A stretch of 64,000 nt of DNA from an uncultured virus (IMG/VR IMGVR_UViG_3300047322_000758) (IMGVR_UViG_3300047322_000758), one strand, 5' to 3'; positions 18,562 to 27,103 are shown, counted from the stretch's first letter. Notes: generated by a model not told the origin, from the sequence alone. Program-made: numbers and translations.

Positions 18562-19185
18562 CTAGTCCTGAATGACCTGGAAGGAGCGAACCAAAAACCG
18601 CCCGAATGTTGGTCGAAAATCTCCAATTCCGACGGCGCGGCCCGCAAGGTTCAACGCAGAGTGAAGGTCCGATGGCGAAACATATTCGCTCATGGTGCAT
18701 AAAATATCGAAGGTAGCCTTCCACCCCTGCGACATACCTGGCCGAACGCGCGTGATCCCCTGCCGCTGCACAACTGCACGGCGCCGGTCGAGGAAGTCCC
18801 AATCCTTCACGCCCAGGTCGCCGTCTGAGATTGGCTGGATGGCAGCCTTGTACAGGTCCAGCGCTGACTTGCGCGGGCTGCGAGGGTCTTGCTGATACTT
18901 GGCGGCGCCGTTCTGTGGATTCGTGAGCGAGCCGACGAGGTAGATACCTGGGATAACGATGTTGCCGGTGGGGCCACGGTATACGTAGGACTCGACGTTG
19001 TCGGTCTTCTTGGTCTTGGAGTTTTTCGCAGCCGCAGCCTTGGTCTCGACCTCGTCACTCTGCCATCTGTGGAAGAGTATGGGCGCGATGCCCTCGATCT
19101 CGACCGCTACCCTGTACGGGAAACTCAGGTCGATAGCGGGCTCCCCCGCGTTGGAAATGTCGCCAGTAAGATTTTGCGCAACCAT
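18562..19185 (-). CDS. stand-alone RAMP / Cas7(Csm3)-like protein (Vipr-like)
   Basis: N-terminal strand YRVAVEIEGIAPILF, NIVIPGIYLVGSL (cf. the RAMP IPGSSxKG motif) and C-terminal Gly loop GIGDFRPTFGRF. ATG at 19185 with GGAG RBS; 207 aa. Confidence 0.75.
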   Translation of the reverse strand: MVAQNLTGDISNAGEPAIDLSFPYRVAVEIEGIAPILFHRWQSDEVETKAAAAKNSKTKKTDNVESYVYRGPTGNIVIPGIYLVGSLTNPQNGAAKYQQDPRSPRKSALDLYKAAIQPISDGDLGVKDWDFLDRRRAVVQRQGITRVRPGMSQGWKATFDILCTMSEYVSPSDLHSALNLAGRAVGIGDFRPTFGRFLVRSFQVIQD

Positions 19186-19226
19186 GTTTTTCTCCAGCAT
19201 CAGTTTGGCCGATGCCCACGCCACTA

Positions 19227-19336
19227 AATCCAAACCTTGCCCGTCCATACCCTGCCTCGCCAATGCGCGACATGCCCAGCACTGCCACGCCTAACCCCGC
19301 CCAGCCTCGCCAAACCTCGCCTTGCCTAGCCACGCC
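19227..19336 (-). ncRNA. GGY-NN pentamer array (22 units), putative guide RNA upstream of the RAMP gene
   Basis: Unbroken 5-nt register; 17 of 22 units are perfect GGY. Confidence 0.75.
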
Positions 19337-19553
19337 CGGTGGACGCCATTGCGGCGAAGTCGAGCGCGTCGGTGATTCGGTCGCATGCCTCCAGCGGCAG
19401 TGCGTTCCACGCCTCCACGAGCTCGTTAACGTCCGCTATCCAGTCCGACAGCGGCGTCGCCTCATTAAAATTGCTGTATTCCTCGTCGTCGTCGTCCTCG
19501 TACTGGACTTCGATTTCAGTCCAAATACGGTATCCGATAATCTTTCTCGTCAT
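19326..19553 (-). CDS. small acidic hypothetical protein
   Basis: Coupled ORF whose 3' end overlaps the start of the array. Confidence 0.55.
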   Translation of the reverse strand: MTRKIIGYRIWTEIEVQYEDDDDEEYSNFNEATPLSDWIADVNELVEAWNALPLEACDRITDALDFAAMASTGRG

Positions 19554-19960
19554 CTCCCGTCGTCGTGGCCTCCGCAGCGGATCTCCATCAGCGTGTTGAT
19601 AATGTTGCTCAGTTGGTCGATCTGCTGAGCAACCGTTTGCGCCTCGACGATTGTGGCCTTCCGAGCAAGTTTCCGCAGCGCTACCCTGCCAGACCTCAGC
19701 ATCTGCTCGATGCGGAGGAACGAGAACTCCTCCATTGCCTCATCCACCTCGCGCTGGCAGTGCGGGCAGGTGGACGAATCGCCGAACTCAGCGTGAACGT
19801 CGCAGAGTGGCTCACGGCAGATGGCGCATGCGAAGTCTTCAGCTGGAATGCCGCACTCGACGTCGTCGTGGCGCTCGTCGCCAACCAGAACCTGGCAGCG
19901 AGGGGGTCCAAAGTGGGCATCAATATCAGCGAGGGTCGTGCCTGGGGGTAGATTGCTCAC
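19550..19960 (-). CDS. hypothetical Zn-finger protein
   Basis: SNLPPG start; CAIC...C..H...CPHC. Confidence 0.6.
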   Translation of the reverse strand: MSNLPPGTTLADIDAHFGPPRCQVLVGDERHDDVECGIPAEDFACAICREPLCDVHAEFGDSSTCPHCQREVDEAMEEFSFLRIEQMLRSGRVALRKLARKATIVEAQTVAQQIDQLSNIINTLMEIRCGGHDDGR

Positions 19961-20126
19961 GAGAGCAGCCCAGCTTCCGTCAGGACGTCGAGGACGATCC
20001 TCGTCCGCGCAACCTGCTCCCGGAAGATGCCGGTTTCCGACGCTATGCGCGTGCTGGACCAGTCAGGATGGAGCCTCAGCAGCTCTATTGCTTCCAGCAG
20101 CTTCTCTTTGTATTCGCTCTCTTTGC

Positions 20127-20447
20127 TCACTGTCCGTCTCCTGTTCCTGCAACGCCGCCGGCATGGTCCCAGGACTGCGCGGCACGGACAGTGATTGGAC
20201 CATGCCACGCCCTCTCGACCCGCGCCTCGGAGATTTCTGCCAGAGCCACTCCCATCTTCTGGTGGAGGTCCACGGCCTGTTCGTAAGGAACCGACATGCG
20301 AAGGTGAGAGACGATATCACTGCTCTGGTCGTAGTCGTAGAAGTCGATTGATATGTAATCCCGGTCTTCGTTGCCATACTTGCCGGTCGGGAAGGCGTCC
20401 GACTGAACCTTGCCGGTGTCTCTGACCATGATTGGCATGCTGAGCAT
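20127..20447 (-). CDS. hypothetical protein
   Basis: Adjacent to the upstream stop; GGAG RBS. Confidence 0.5.
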   Translation of the reverse strand: MLSMPIMVRDTGKVQSDAFPTGKYGNEDRDYISIDFYDYDQSSDIVSHLRMSVPYEQAVDLHQKMGVALAEISEARVERAWHGPITVRAAQSWDHAGGVAGTGDGQ

Positions 20448-20687
20448 TTACCGATCTCCTCTCGCCGCCTGCTCGACGGCGGCCTGCGCCTCGTGGAAAC
20501 GCCTGCGGGCGGTCTGTAGCTGGTCGTAGTCCATAGACCGCGGGTCTTTAAACTGGCAGTCAGCGCAGAAGTTCAGGAAATCCTGCGCCTCATTGCTGCT
20601 ATCGAAGACCGGCGTCTGGATTGGGAGTCCCGTCACCGAGTCGTAGATGGCCGTCGTGCCTTCGTCCGTCGTGATTCTCGTTCCCAT
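20448..20687 (-). CDS. hypothetical protein
   Basis: GGAGG RBS. Confidence 0.6.
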   Translation of the reverse strand: MGTRITTDEGTTAIYDSVTGLPIQTPVFDSSNEAQDFLNFCADCQFKDPRSMDYDQLQTARRRFHEAQAAVEQAARGDR

Positions 20688-20691
20688 CTGG

Positions 20692-20964
20692 TCAAATCCT
20701 CCTAAGAATGATTGGTTTCGTGGCCACGGTGGCCATGAGCGCCTCGTGGTCGTAGTCCATGTCGAAGTGCTGGCGGCATTTCTTGCAGTAGCCGTTGCTC
20801 GTCAGCTTTCGCCGCCTGCCATCCTCGTGCTCGTTCGGGCAGAGCGGGATTGCTTCCCAGAATGGAGCGCAGTTCAAGCATCCATCCCGTAGGTGGTGGT
20901 AATCGCGGCCGTCATTGACGACTCCGGGGCACGGCTCCCACACGGCGACTCCATGCATCTTCAT
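20692..20964 (-). CDS. hypothetical Cys-rich protein
   Basis: GAGAGG RBS; CLNC and CKKC. Confidence 0.55.
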   Translation of the reverse strand: MKMHGVAVWEPCPGVVNDGRDYHHLRDGCLNCAPFWEAIPLCPNEHEDGRRRKLTSNGYCKKCRQHFDMDYDHEALMATVATKPIILRRI

Positions 20965-21020
20965 CGGCAACCTCTCTAAGAATGAAAGAGCCCCTAGCAC
21001 ATTGCTAGGGGTCTATGTAT

Positions 21021-21049
21021 AGACTAGCAGCATTGTATGCCCTTGTCAA
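21021..21049 (-). promoter_or_regulatory. sigma70-type promoter heading the operon that contains the RAMP locus
   Basis: TTGACA-17 nt-TAGTCT with TGn, followed by hairpin CCCCTAGCA-N3-TGCTAGGGG (20991-21011). Confidence 0.6.
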
Positions 21050-21396
21050 GAGGCTCGTTTGCCTACTCTCGGCGCTCGCTTTGCAGTTCCGCGTATCTGT
21101 TCCGATTGCGCCTGCCGAACCGCTTGATGCTCGGCGTACCCTTTGTCGCGCCGCTTCACCAGGCTATCCAGGATCTCGCTCAGGACTTCGTTCGCCTTTC
21201 GGAAGTGCTCCATCGCCTCCCATAGCTTGAAGTAGACACGGATCTGAGCGCCTGGGAGATTGGGGTGCAGCTTGTTGAAAGCGGTGAGTGCCAGCTGCGT
21301 CTCCACAGACCTAGCCTGGACCGAAGAGAGCACCTGGGCGCTGGCCGCATCGATCTCCCATTGCTCGTGCTTGGTTTCTGGCTGACTATCGTTCAC
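21046..21396 (-). CDS. hypothetical protein
   Basis: Coupled ORF; GGAGG RBS. Confidence 0.55.
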   Translation of the reverse strand: MNDSQPETKHEQWEIDAASAQVLSSVQARSVETQLALTAFNKLHPNLPGAQIRVYFKLWEAMEHFRKANEVLSEILDSLVKRRDKGYAEHQAVRQAQSEQIRGTAKRAPRVGKRAS

Positions 21397-21639
21397 TCGT
21401 CATACCTCCATGGGGTCCACCTCGAGAATCGAAGGCGCTCATCCACGTCAAACTCGAAGAGCCGCGAGCGGATGCCTGGGAAGGCGGCATGCGCCCGGTC
21501 GGCGAGCTCCGAATACAGCCGTAGGAACGCATCCGACTTCTCTTCGGAAATAACGTCCTGCACCTCGGCGAACCACGCCTCGGCCTTATGCAGGCGCCGT
21601 TCGTAATCAGCCAGTGGCTGCGACTCCTCCACCATCAGG

Positions 21640-22113
21640 CTATCGTGCCAATCGCCTGCGTTTGGCCTGCCGCTCCCTATTGCACCTGCGGCAGCAACGC
21701 TCCACGCCGCGTCGGCCTTTGTGCCAATAGGTGTTGGCCTCATCGAAGGGATGGCCATGCAGACAGGCGGTTTGCTTGGTTTCCGAGAATCCACGGAGAC
21801 CGACTGCCTTCGCTAGGTCATGCAGGCTGATAGTCTTGTAATGGTCCAGTCGAACGCAGTCGGCGGTCCCGCATGCCCGACGCAAAACATGACCTGGCGG
21901 TGTCTCCCTGCCAGCCATACGGGCTAGCTCGCGAATTACCGTGCGCGGCATTCGTCGCGACCAAATAGTCGCCGGCTTCCCTGGGCGCGGCGAACGCCAG
22001 CCCTTCCAGTGCCAGCAGCCACCTTCCTCAGGGTCAATCGTGGTAAACGACTTGATGCGCGTCATGAGCGCCTCGTCGTCTGTCGGCACAGTGGCCGTTA
22101 TTTGTGTCATCAT
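21640..22113 (-). CDS. HNH-endonuclease-like protein (degenerate active site)
   Basis: CWHWKG, RRACGTADCVRLDH and a C-terminal CLHGH...NTY...CRRC Zn module. Confidence 0.65.
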   Translation of the reverse strand: MMTQITATVPTDDEALMTRIKSFTTIDPEEGGCWHWKGWRSPRPGKPATIWSRRMPRTVIRELARMAGRETPPGHVLRRACGTADCVRLDHYKTISLHDLAKAVGLRGFSETKQTACLHGHPFDEANTYWHKGRRGVERCCRRCNRERQAKRRRLAR

Positions 22114-22152
22114 GCAGTCTCCGTTGCTATTGTTCTATGAGCGTATCATGGC

Positions 22153-22169
22153 CGTCCCAACTTGGGACA
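22153..22169. repeat. dispersed 17-bp palindrome, copy 3
   Basis: CGTCCCAACTTGGGACA, inside ORF 22127-22333. Confidence 0.8.
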
Positions 22170-22329
22170 GACTCAGGGCACTCGATATGGACGATGCGCG
22201 TTCCAGCCTCGTCGCGCTTAAACGTGCCGTCGGCCATCTGATGGCCGCAGACCGGACAGGGGAAGCGAATCATGTTGCCAGGAGGGCGCACCGTCGAAGT
22301 TGATTTTCTGAAGCGGGGCCGTGGCAGAG

Positions 22330-23139
22330 TCATTCGCCGCGCAGCAATACAGAGGAATCGCCCAACAGTTCCTTGGCGATAGCCACACGCTCAGCGTAGA
22401 CCTCCTCCAGAACGCGCTCAGCCTGCGGCATCGCAAGCCGGAGCGACAGGTGCGCGTTCGCATCCACGGAGGCCCTGAGCTTCAACACCAGCTTGTAGCG
22501 CACCAGGTTCCCCTGGTCATCGAGGTGGCCGCGCAGGACGGGAATCGCAATCGTGATCTCCGGCGGCAAGTCGAGCGATTGCTGGCCGGTGCTTACCGAC
22601 GTCGACCGAACGTACTGAATGTCCGCGGTGCCGTCAGCCTTGACGTTTTCCTCGAATGTCGCGTTGGCAGCTCCCTTGAGCATCCGCACGAGGTTGAGGA
22701 GATCCGTCGGCTGCGGCTCAAAGATATCCGGGGCGTGGTCTTCCAGAAACTCGATGAAGCGCTTGTGCTCGAGCAGAGTGTTACTGGCGATGCCGCTCCA
22801 AGACGTAAACTCCGGAGTCGGCTTGAAGGAATGGGTCGCAGTCCACTGCCTGCGTGCGGAATAATCCAGAACTGCACACAGGCCATTCGCACTCCAGGTC
22901 AGATAGGAATCGCCACTGGAATTTCTCAAGACATAGGAGCACCAGCTCTCGACGTCACCGAGCCGCTCGGACGCCATCATAGGAGAGATATGTGCCTCTT
23001 CTGCCCACGGCGGCTGGACCTGGACCAAGTCCTGATGGACATAGGTGGCTCCAGTGGCCGGGTCTTTGTAGACGGGAGCCACAACGAGGTGACACGCGGC
23101 CGCGTCCTGGGTCTGCCCGTTGGCGGGGACTGTCACCAT
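22330..23139 (-). CDS. DUF2303 (YfdQ-like) protein
   Basis: AVLDY...FIEFLED...IAIPVLRG...LKLR; paired with the upstream small gene. Confidence 0.7.
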   Translation of the reverse strand: MVTVPANGQTQDAAACHLVVAPVYKDPATGATYVHQDLVQVQPPWAEEAHISPMMASERLGDVESWCSYVLRNSSGDSYLTWSANGLCAVLDYSARRQWTATHSFKPTPEFTSWSGIASNTLLEHKRFIEFLEDHAPDIFEPQPTDLLNLVRMLKGAANATFEENVKADGTADIQYVRSTSVSTGQQSLDLPPEITIAIPVLRGHLDDQGNLVRYKLVLKLRASVDANAHLSLRLAMPQAERVLEEVYAERVAIAKELLGDSSVLLRGE

Positions 23140-23501
23140 TACTCTGCCTCCCTGACGCTGGACTCAGCCTGCGAGACATCACGAAATTCGCCAGTGTCCT
23201 CGTTCACCACGCGGAATGTTTGCAGTTCCGCCTGGCGCGGGTCACGCTCATACAGTTCCTTGTCCAGCGAGAAGAACATGGCGCCCTTCGGGTCCGTCTT
23301 GGGGAGCGTCCGCTTGACCTCCTCGTCGACGACAACCAGGGAACGATCGGAGCCAGATGGATGGCTGACCTTGAGCGTGACGGTTACTGAGCCGGCCTTG
23401 CCGGTCTCAACAACTTCGCCGGCCACGCTGAGCAGGGCATCGTGAATCTCATTGACGAGATTTCCTCGCCCGAGACGGAGAAAGACGCTGATGGCTTCCA
23501 T
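23139..23501 (-). CDS. YfdP-like partner of DUF2303
   Basis: V.ETGKAGSVTVTLKV...LP...FF....L...DPRQ. Confidence 0.65.
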   Translation of the reverse strand: MEAISVFLRLGRGNLVNEIHDALLSVAGEVVETGKAGSVTVTLKVSHPSGSDRSLVVVDEEVKRTLPKTDPKGAMFFSLDKELYERDPRQAELQTFRVVNEDTGEFRDVSQAESSVREAE

Positions 23502-24111
23502 GGTGTACTCCTCCTGAAAGAGCCAAGGGCTCGCTTGCGGCTATCCTATACATCCGTCGACGACGACTACGCCATCGACTTTGACGATACATGTCGGCAA
23601 TGGTTCTCCGAACATTCCTGTTACCCGGTCCCATTCCTGAATATCGCGCTCCATCTGCTCTTCGATGGACCGCAGCGGCTCACCATCTCGGTCGGTGTAT
23701 CCGCCGCCAGGTTCGGCGAAGACCTCGACTCCGCAGCCTTCACAGAGCAGGCGGTAGGGGGCGTGTTCTACATGAACGTCATTGTGGAAACATTGGTCAT
23801 CCACAGACATGAGCAACCTCCGTTCGCCAGCTCGAATCGAATGGCTCGAGAAAACAATGCCAGAAGTCTACGCGGATGCCTACCGCGGTCTCGAGCTGGC
23901 AGAGAATCTCTCGAGCCAGCCCCTTCTCCGTGACGTCGTCCCAGAGCTCTGCAACGGTCGCGAGCCCCCTCGAGCCGAACGGGATCATGCAATCGACGGC
24001 AACCTCGCCCATATCGACGAGCTTCGCGTCAACACCGACATCCATGAGCTTTGCTCCAGAACCATAGAGCCTTAAGTGAAAAGCCATTTGCACATCCTTT
24101 CCAGGAAGAAA

Positions 24112-24435
24112 TTAGGGCCAGGGAATCACATTGGTCTCGTCGTAGCCTACTGTGCCCAGCGGTATCCACTCGTCGCCCTGCTGCTGGACGAACACCCAGG
24201 CCGAGAACTCCGAGAAGGTACGGCCAACGAGGTAGGCGTGAACCGGCCCATGGTTCCCGACCTCCCTGGAGCAGTACTGGCCGATGTTTGCGGGTGTTGC
24301 GGTTGCGCAATCGCCGGAATAGACATAGGGCGCAATTGCCTGCTGAATGGCGCCGGCAGGAGTTGCAGCTACGTTCAGCCCGAGGAAGAAGGCGAGGGCA
24401 ATGGCAAGCATAGAACCTCCCCACAAAACAGGCAC
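24112..24435 (-). CDS. small secreted/membrane protein
   Basis: Hydrophobic N-terminal helix. Confidence 0.5.
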   Translation of the reverse strand: MPVLWGGSMLAIALAFFLGLNVAATPAGAIQQAIAPYVYSGDCATATPANIGQYCSREVGNHGPVHAYLVGRTFSEFSAWVFVQQQGDEWIPLGTVGYDETNVIPWP

Positions 24436-24522
24436 TCATGCTCCAGGTTGACGACCGCATGGCGGCATCCCGGCGTGACGGCGAAGAAGCGGCGGAAGGT
24501 AATAGCTCTCATTGGCGCTATC

Positions 24523-24702
24523 TTAAATTCCCTCCTCAAATAGTTCTGCTTCCAGTTCCTTGACCCGTGCCGCAAGTTCCTCGATCCGCGTCACGAGCGC
24601 GCTAACGAGTTCTGGAATTCCTCCACCCAGTTCAGCCCAAATTGCGAAATTCCAAGATTCTGCACATTGGACGGCGTTTGCAGGCGTGATTTCTTCGCTC
24701 AC
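24523..24702 (-). CDS. mosaic paralogue 5 (59 aa, truncated)
   Basis: MSEEITPANA...ALVTRIEELAARVKELE; GTGA-coupled; not in the ORF track. Confidence 0.7.
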   Translation of the reverse strand: MSEEITPANAVQCAESWNFAIWAELGGGIPELVSALVTRIEELAARVKELEAELFEEGI

Positions 24703-25121
24703 TTCGCCTCCTCCGCGCCGAGCGCCACCAGCGCCTCACTAACTCCTACATCTAACTGAGCAGTTCGGGACCAAGCATCAGGGACCAACTGCGGGCCTTT
24801 TGCAGCTCGCAGCACGGCCACCGCCGCATCGCGCTGCTGTTGAAGGTGGTTCAGTTCATCGACGTAATCACCGAGGTTCTGATTAGCTGTAGCGATAGCC
24901 GCATCGCGCTGTTGCTCCAACGCAACGATTTGCGCATCGCGTTCCTGAATCTGGCGCAGTTCCTGAAGCCCCAACAGCTCAGCCTCACGGGCCTCGACCA
25001 GCGCCACGAGCGCTGTGATAAGTAGTCGAGCCCATTCTGGCACCGAATCCGTTTCCATCTCGCCGCTCAGATATTCCCTTGCGACAACAGCGGCGTATTC
25101 CGGCGTGATTTCTTCGCTCAC
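24699..25121 (-). CDS. mosaic coiled-coil paralogue 4
   Basis: EITP / ALVALVE / QQRDAAVAVLR / ALGAEEAK. Confidence 0.75.
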   Translation of the reverse strand: MSEEITPEYAAVVAREYLSGEMETDSVPEWARLLITALVALVEAREAELLGLQELRQIQERDAQIVALEQQRDAAIATANQNLGDYVDELNHLQQQRDAAVAVLRAAKGPQLVPDAWSRTAQLDVGVSEALVALGAEEAK

Positions 25122-25531
25122 TTCGTCTCCTCCGCACCGAGCGCCTTCAGCGCATCATCGAATGCGTCAGGCATATAAAGCTTCATGTCTCCATCGACAT
25201 AATCAGGATGTTCACGAGCGTCACGCAGTATGCCCACCACCGCATCGCGTTGCTGCTCCAGTTCCTTGACCCGCGCCCTCGCTGAATCACGCTGCTGCTG
25301 AACATAGTTAGGTATGCAGTCCTCTTCAAGGTGTTTCCTGAACGTCGCATTGGATTCCTCGACCCGCGCCACGAGCGCAGTGCGCTGCTGCTGGAGCGCC
25401 TCAATGGTGGCACGAAGGAACGGCAAAAACTCTTCATTCCAGTACAGCTGATCGAGTCGGCGGTCCGACTCCAAGGCTCGCCAGAACTCCTCCGTAAGAT
25501 CTTCGGCTAGGCAGGGCGTGACTTCGCTCAC
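25118..25531 (-). CDS. mosaic coiled-coil paralogue 3
   Basis: EVTP / ALVARVEE / ARVKELEQQRDAV / ALGAEETK. Confidence 0.75.
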   Translation of the reverse strand: MSEVTPCLAEDLTEEFWRALESDRRLDQLYWNEEFLPFLRATIEALQQQRTALVARVEESNATFRKHLEEDCIPNYVQQQRDSARARVKELEQQRDAVVGILRDAREHPDYVDGDMKLYMPDAFDDALKALGAEETK

Positions 25532-25893
25532 TTCGACTCCTCCGAACCGAGCGCGGCTAGGGCTGCTCGAACGGCTCCCTTCTGATGTGCGAATCCGCCT
25601 GCCTGCATGTACTTCTCATCCTCACGCAATATGGCTACCGCCGCATCACGCTGTTGCTCCAGGCCGTGTGCAATCTCGGCCATTTCTGCTGTATCGCCTC
25701 GGGCAGAATCTACACTGCCCTCGAACCGCATGAGCCGTGCCCTAAACTCATCGCGTTCCGACTCCAGTTCCTTGACCCGCGCCACGAGCGCTACAAGAAT
25801 CCTCCGCCCCTCAGATGTCCACATGATGCTCGGGCGTTCAATGAGCCGCTTGGCTGTCTCGGCGGCATTGGCGGGCGTAATTGCTTCGCTCAT
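25528..25893 (-). CDS. mosaic coiled-coil paralogue 2
   Basis: AITPANA / ALVARVKELE / EQQRDAAVAILR / ALGSEESK. Confidence 0.75.
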   Translation of the reverse strand: MSEAITPANAAETAKRLIERPSIMWTSEGRRILVALVARVKELESERDEFRARLMRFEGSVDSARGDTAEMAEIAHGLEQQRDAAVAILREDEKYMQAGGFAHQKGAVRAALAALGSEESK

Positions 25894-25979
25894 ACTGGTA
25901 CGTGTGGAAGAATCAACAGAACAATGGCCCATGCCAACAAACCCGCCGTTACTATCCAGAGCGCTTCGTTAAGACTCAT
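25890..25979 (-). CDS. 29-aa single-TM peptide
   Basis: MSLNEALWIVTAGLLAWAIVLLILPHVPV*; ATGA overlaps at both ends. Confidence 0.6.
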   Translation of the reverse strand: MSLNEALWIVTAGLLAWAIVLLILPHVPV

Positions 25980-26326
25980 TTCGTCTCCTCCGCGCCGAGC
26001 GCGGCCAGTGCGTCAGCTACATAGCCGTTCTTTCGCGTTGCTAGGTCGGATGACTGCTGCGCTGCCCGTAGTATGTCCACCGCCGCATCGCGCTGCTGCT
26101 TCCATGCAAGTTGCGCAACTTCGCGCTCATTCAGAGCAATTTCCTCGTAGGACATGGCAACCCACGTCTTGCCACCATCCAAACTCTTACGCGGCCGGAG
26201 ATATTCAAGTTCCTCAACCCGCGCCACGAGGGCCTGAACGAGTTGCGCCACCTTGAAGTCCGATGGGAAACGAAGTACGTAATCCTTTGCTATCTCAACG
26301 GCGTTTGCAGGCGTGATCTCTAACAT
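25976..26326 (-). CDS. mosaic coiled-coil paralogue 1
   Basis: EITPANA / ALVARVEELE / QQRDAAVDILR / ALGAEETK. Confidence 0.75.
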   Translation of the reverse strand: MLEITPANAVEIAKDYVLRFPSDFKVAQLVQALVARVEELEYLRPRKSLDGGKTWVAMSYEEIALNEREVAQLAWKQQRDAAVDILRAAQQSSDLATRKNGYVADALAALGAEETK

Positions 26327-26781
26327 GGCGGACTCCAATGAGACTTATATCCGGCCTGCCAAGCCTGCACCATTTGGTCAATTTGTTGCTGACCGTCCAA
26401 GGATGTAACGGGTATGCCTGCTCGTCCCGCAGGAGTGACATCGTAGACGCCGCCATATGGGATAAATTGCGGAGCGCCGTACGCCCCTGAGCTCGGGTTA
26501 ACCAGGTGCGGATCGAACGTCCCGCCCGTCTCGCGAGAGACAACCTGGGTGATGCAGGGTGCAAATGCGCCTGCCTTGGTATTGATGGCTCCGATTACCG
26601 CATCTGGAGTTCCTGAATTGCAAGCGACCGTGCAGGCGTCTGCGGACGTGACCCAACTGTCATCCGGCCACCCAAGACGCTCAACCAGTGCGCCATGAAG
26701 CGCGGCCAGGAAGATGAGGATGGCTATTAGTGTTCCGACAAAGATTAGGAACTCCGAGACGAACGTGAGTGCGTTTCTCAT
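26320..26781 (-). CDS. membrane-anchored lytic transglycosylase (SLT/Rpf-like)
   Basis: N-terminal TM; VVSRETGG...NPSSGAYGAPQF motifs. Confidence 0.65.
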   Translation of the reverse strand: MRNALTFVSEFLIFVGTLIAILIFLAALHGALVERLGWPDDSWVTSADACTVACNSGTPDAVIGAINTKAGAFAPCITQVVSRETGGTFDPHLVNPSSGAYGAPQFIPYGGVYDVTPAGRAGIPVTSLDGQQQIDQMVQAWQAGYKSHWSPPC

Positions 26782-26803
26782 GATCGCACTCTTGTCTGTG
26801 TGT

Positions 26804-27103
26804 TCATGATTCCTCCTGCTTCTTGGCAAACTCCTGCCCTTCGCCGTAACCAGCTTCCGTAAGCCAATGCGCTATTGCTGCGTTGTCCTCTGGCATGCCT
26901 TCACCACCCCAGAAGTCCGTCGCTATTCTTCGCAGTGTCAGCGCCAGCCGATCACGGTCGGCTTCCGCCCTCTGTAGTTTCCTGCGAGTCGCGTCGATGG
27001 TTGCAAGCAGTTTTGCGAAAGTCTCCTCACTGCACCAAGCTGAGCCACTAGCTCTCACTGTCTGTTCTTGCTCTGCCGTCAGCTGTGGCGCTGGCTCACT
27101 CAT
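26804..27103 (-). CDS. hypothetical protein
   Basis: Coupled ORF; coiled-coil-like. Confidence 0.5.
   Translation of the reverse strand: MSEPAPQLTAEQEQTVRASGSAWCSEETFAKLLATIDATRRKLQRAEADRDRLALTLRRIATDFWGGEGMPEDNAAIAHWLTEAGYGEGQEFAKKQEES

Noticed and set aside
18273..19333. ORFs running through the pentamer arrays (e.g. 18324-18647, 19055-19333, and N-terminal extensions of 18169-18531 and 18562-19263)
   Set aside because: Low-complexity W/G/A/R translations caused by the 5-nt repeat; better RBS-supported starts lie outside the arrays.
18395..19336. Canonical CRISPR array or cas operon
   Set aside because: No 25-45-nt repeats with unique spacers and no recognisable cas1/2/3/5/6/10 genes; the repeats are 5-nt units.
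24523..26326. Diversity-generating retroelement or invertase shufflon
   Set aside because: No reverse transcriptase or recombinase in the window, differences are not adenine-specific, and all boxes are in direct orientation.
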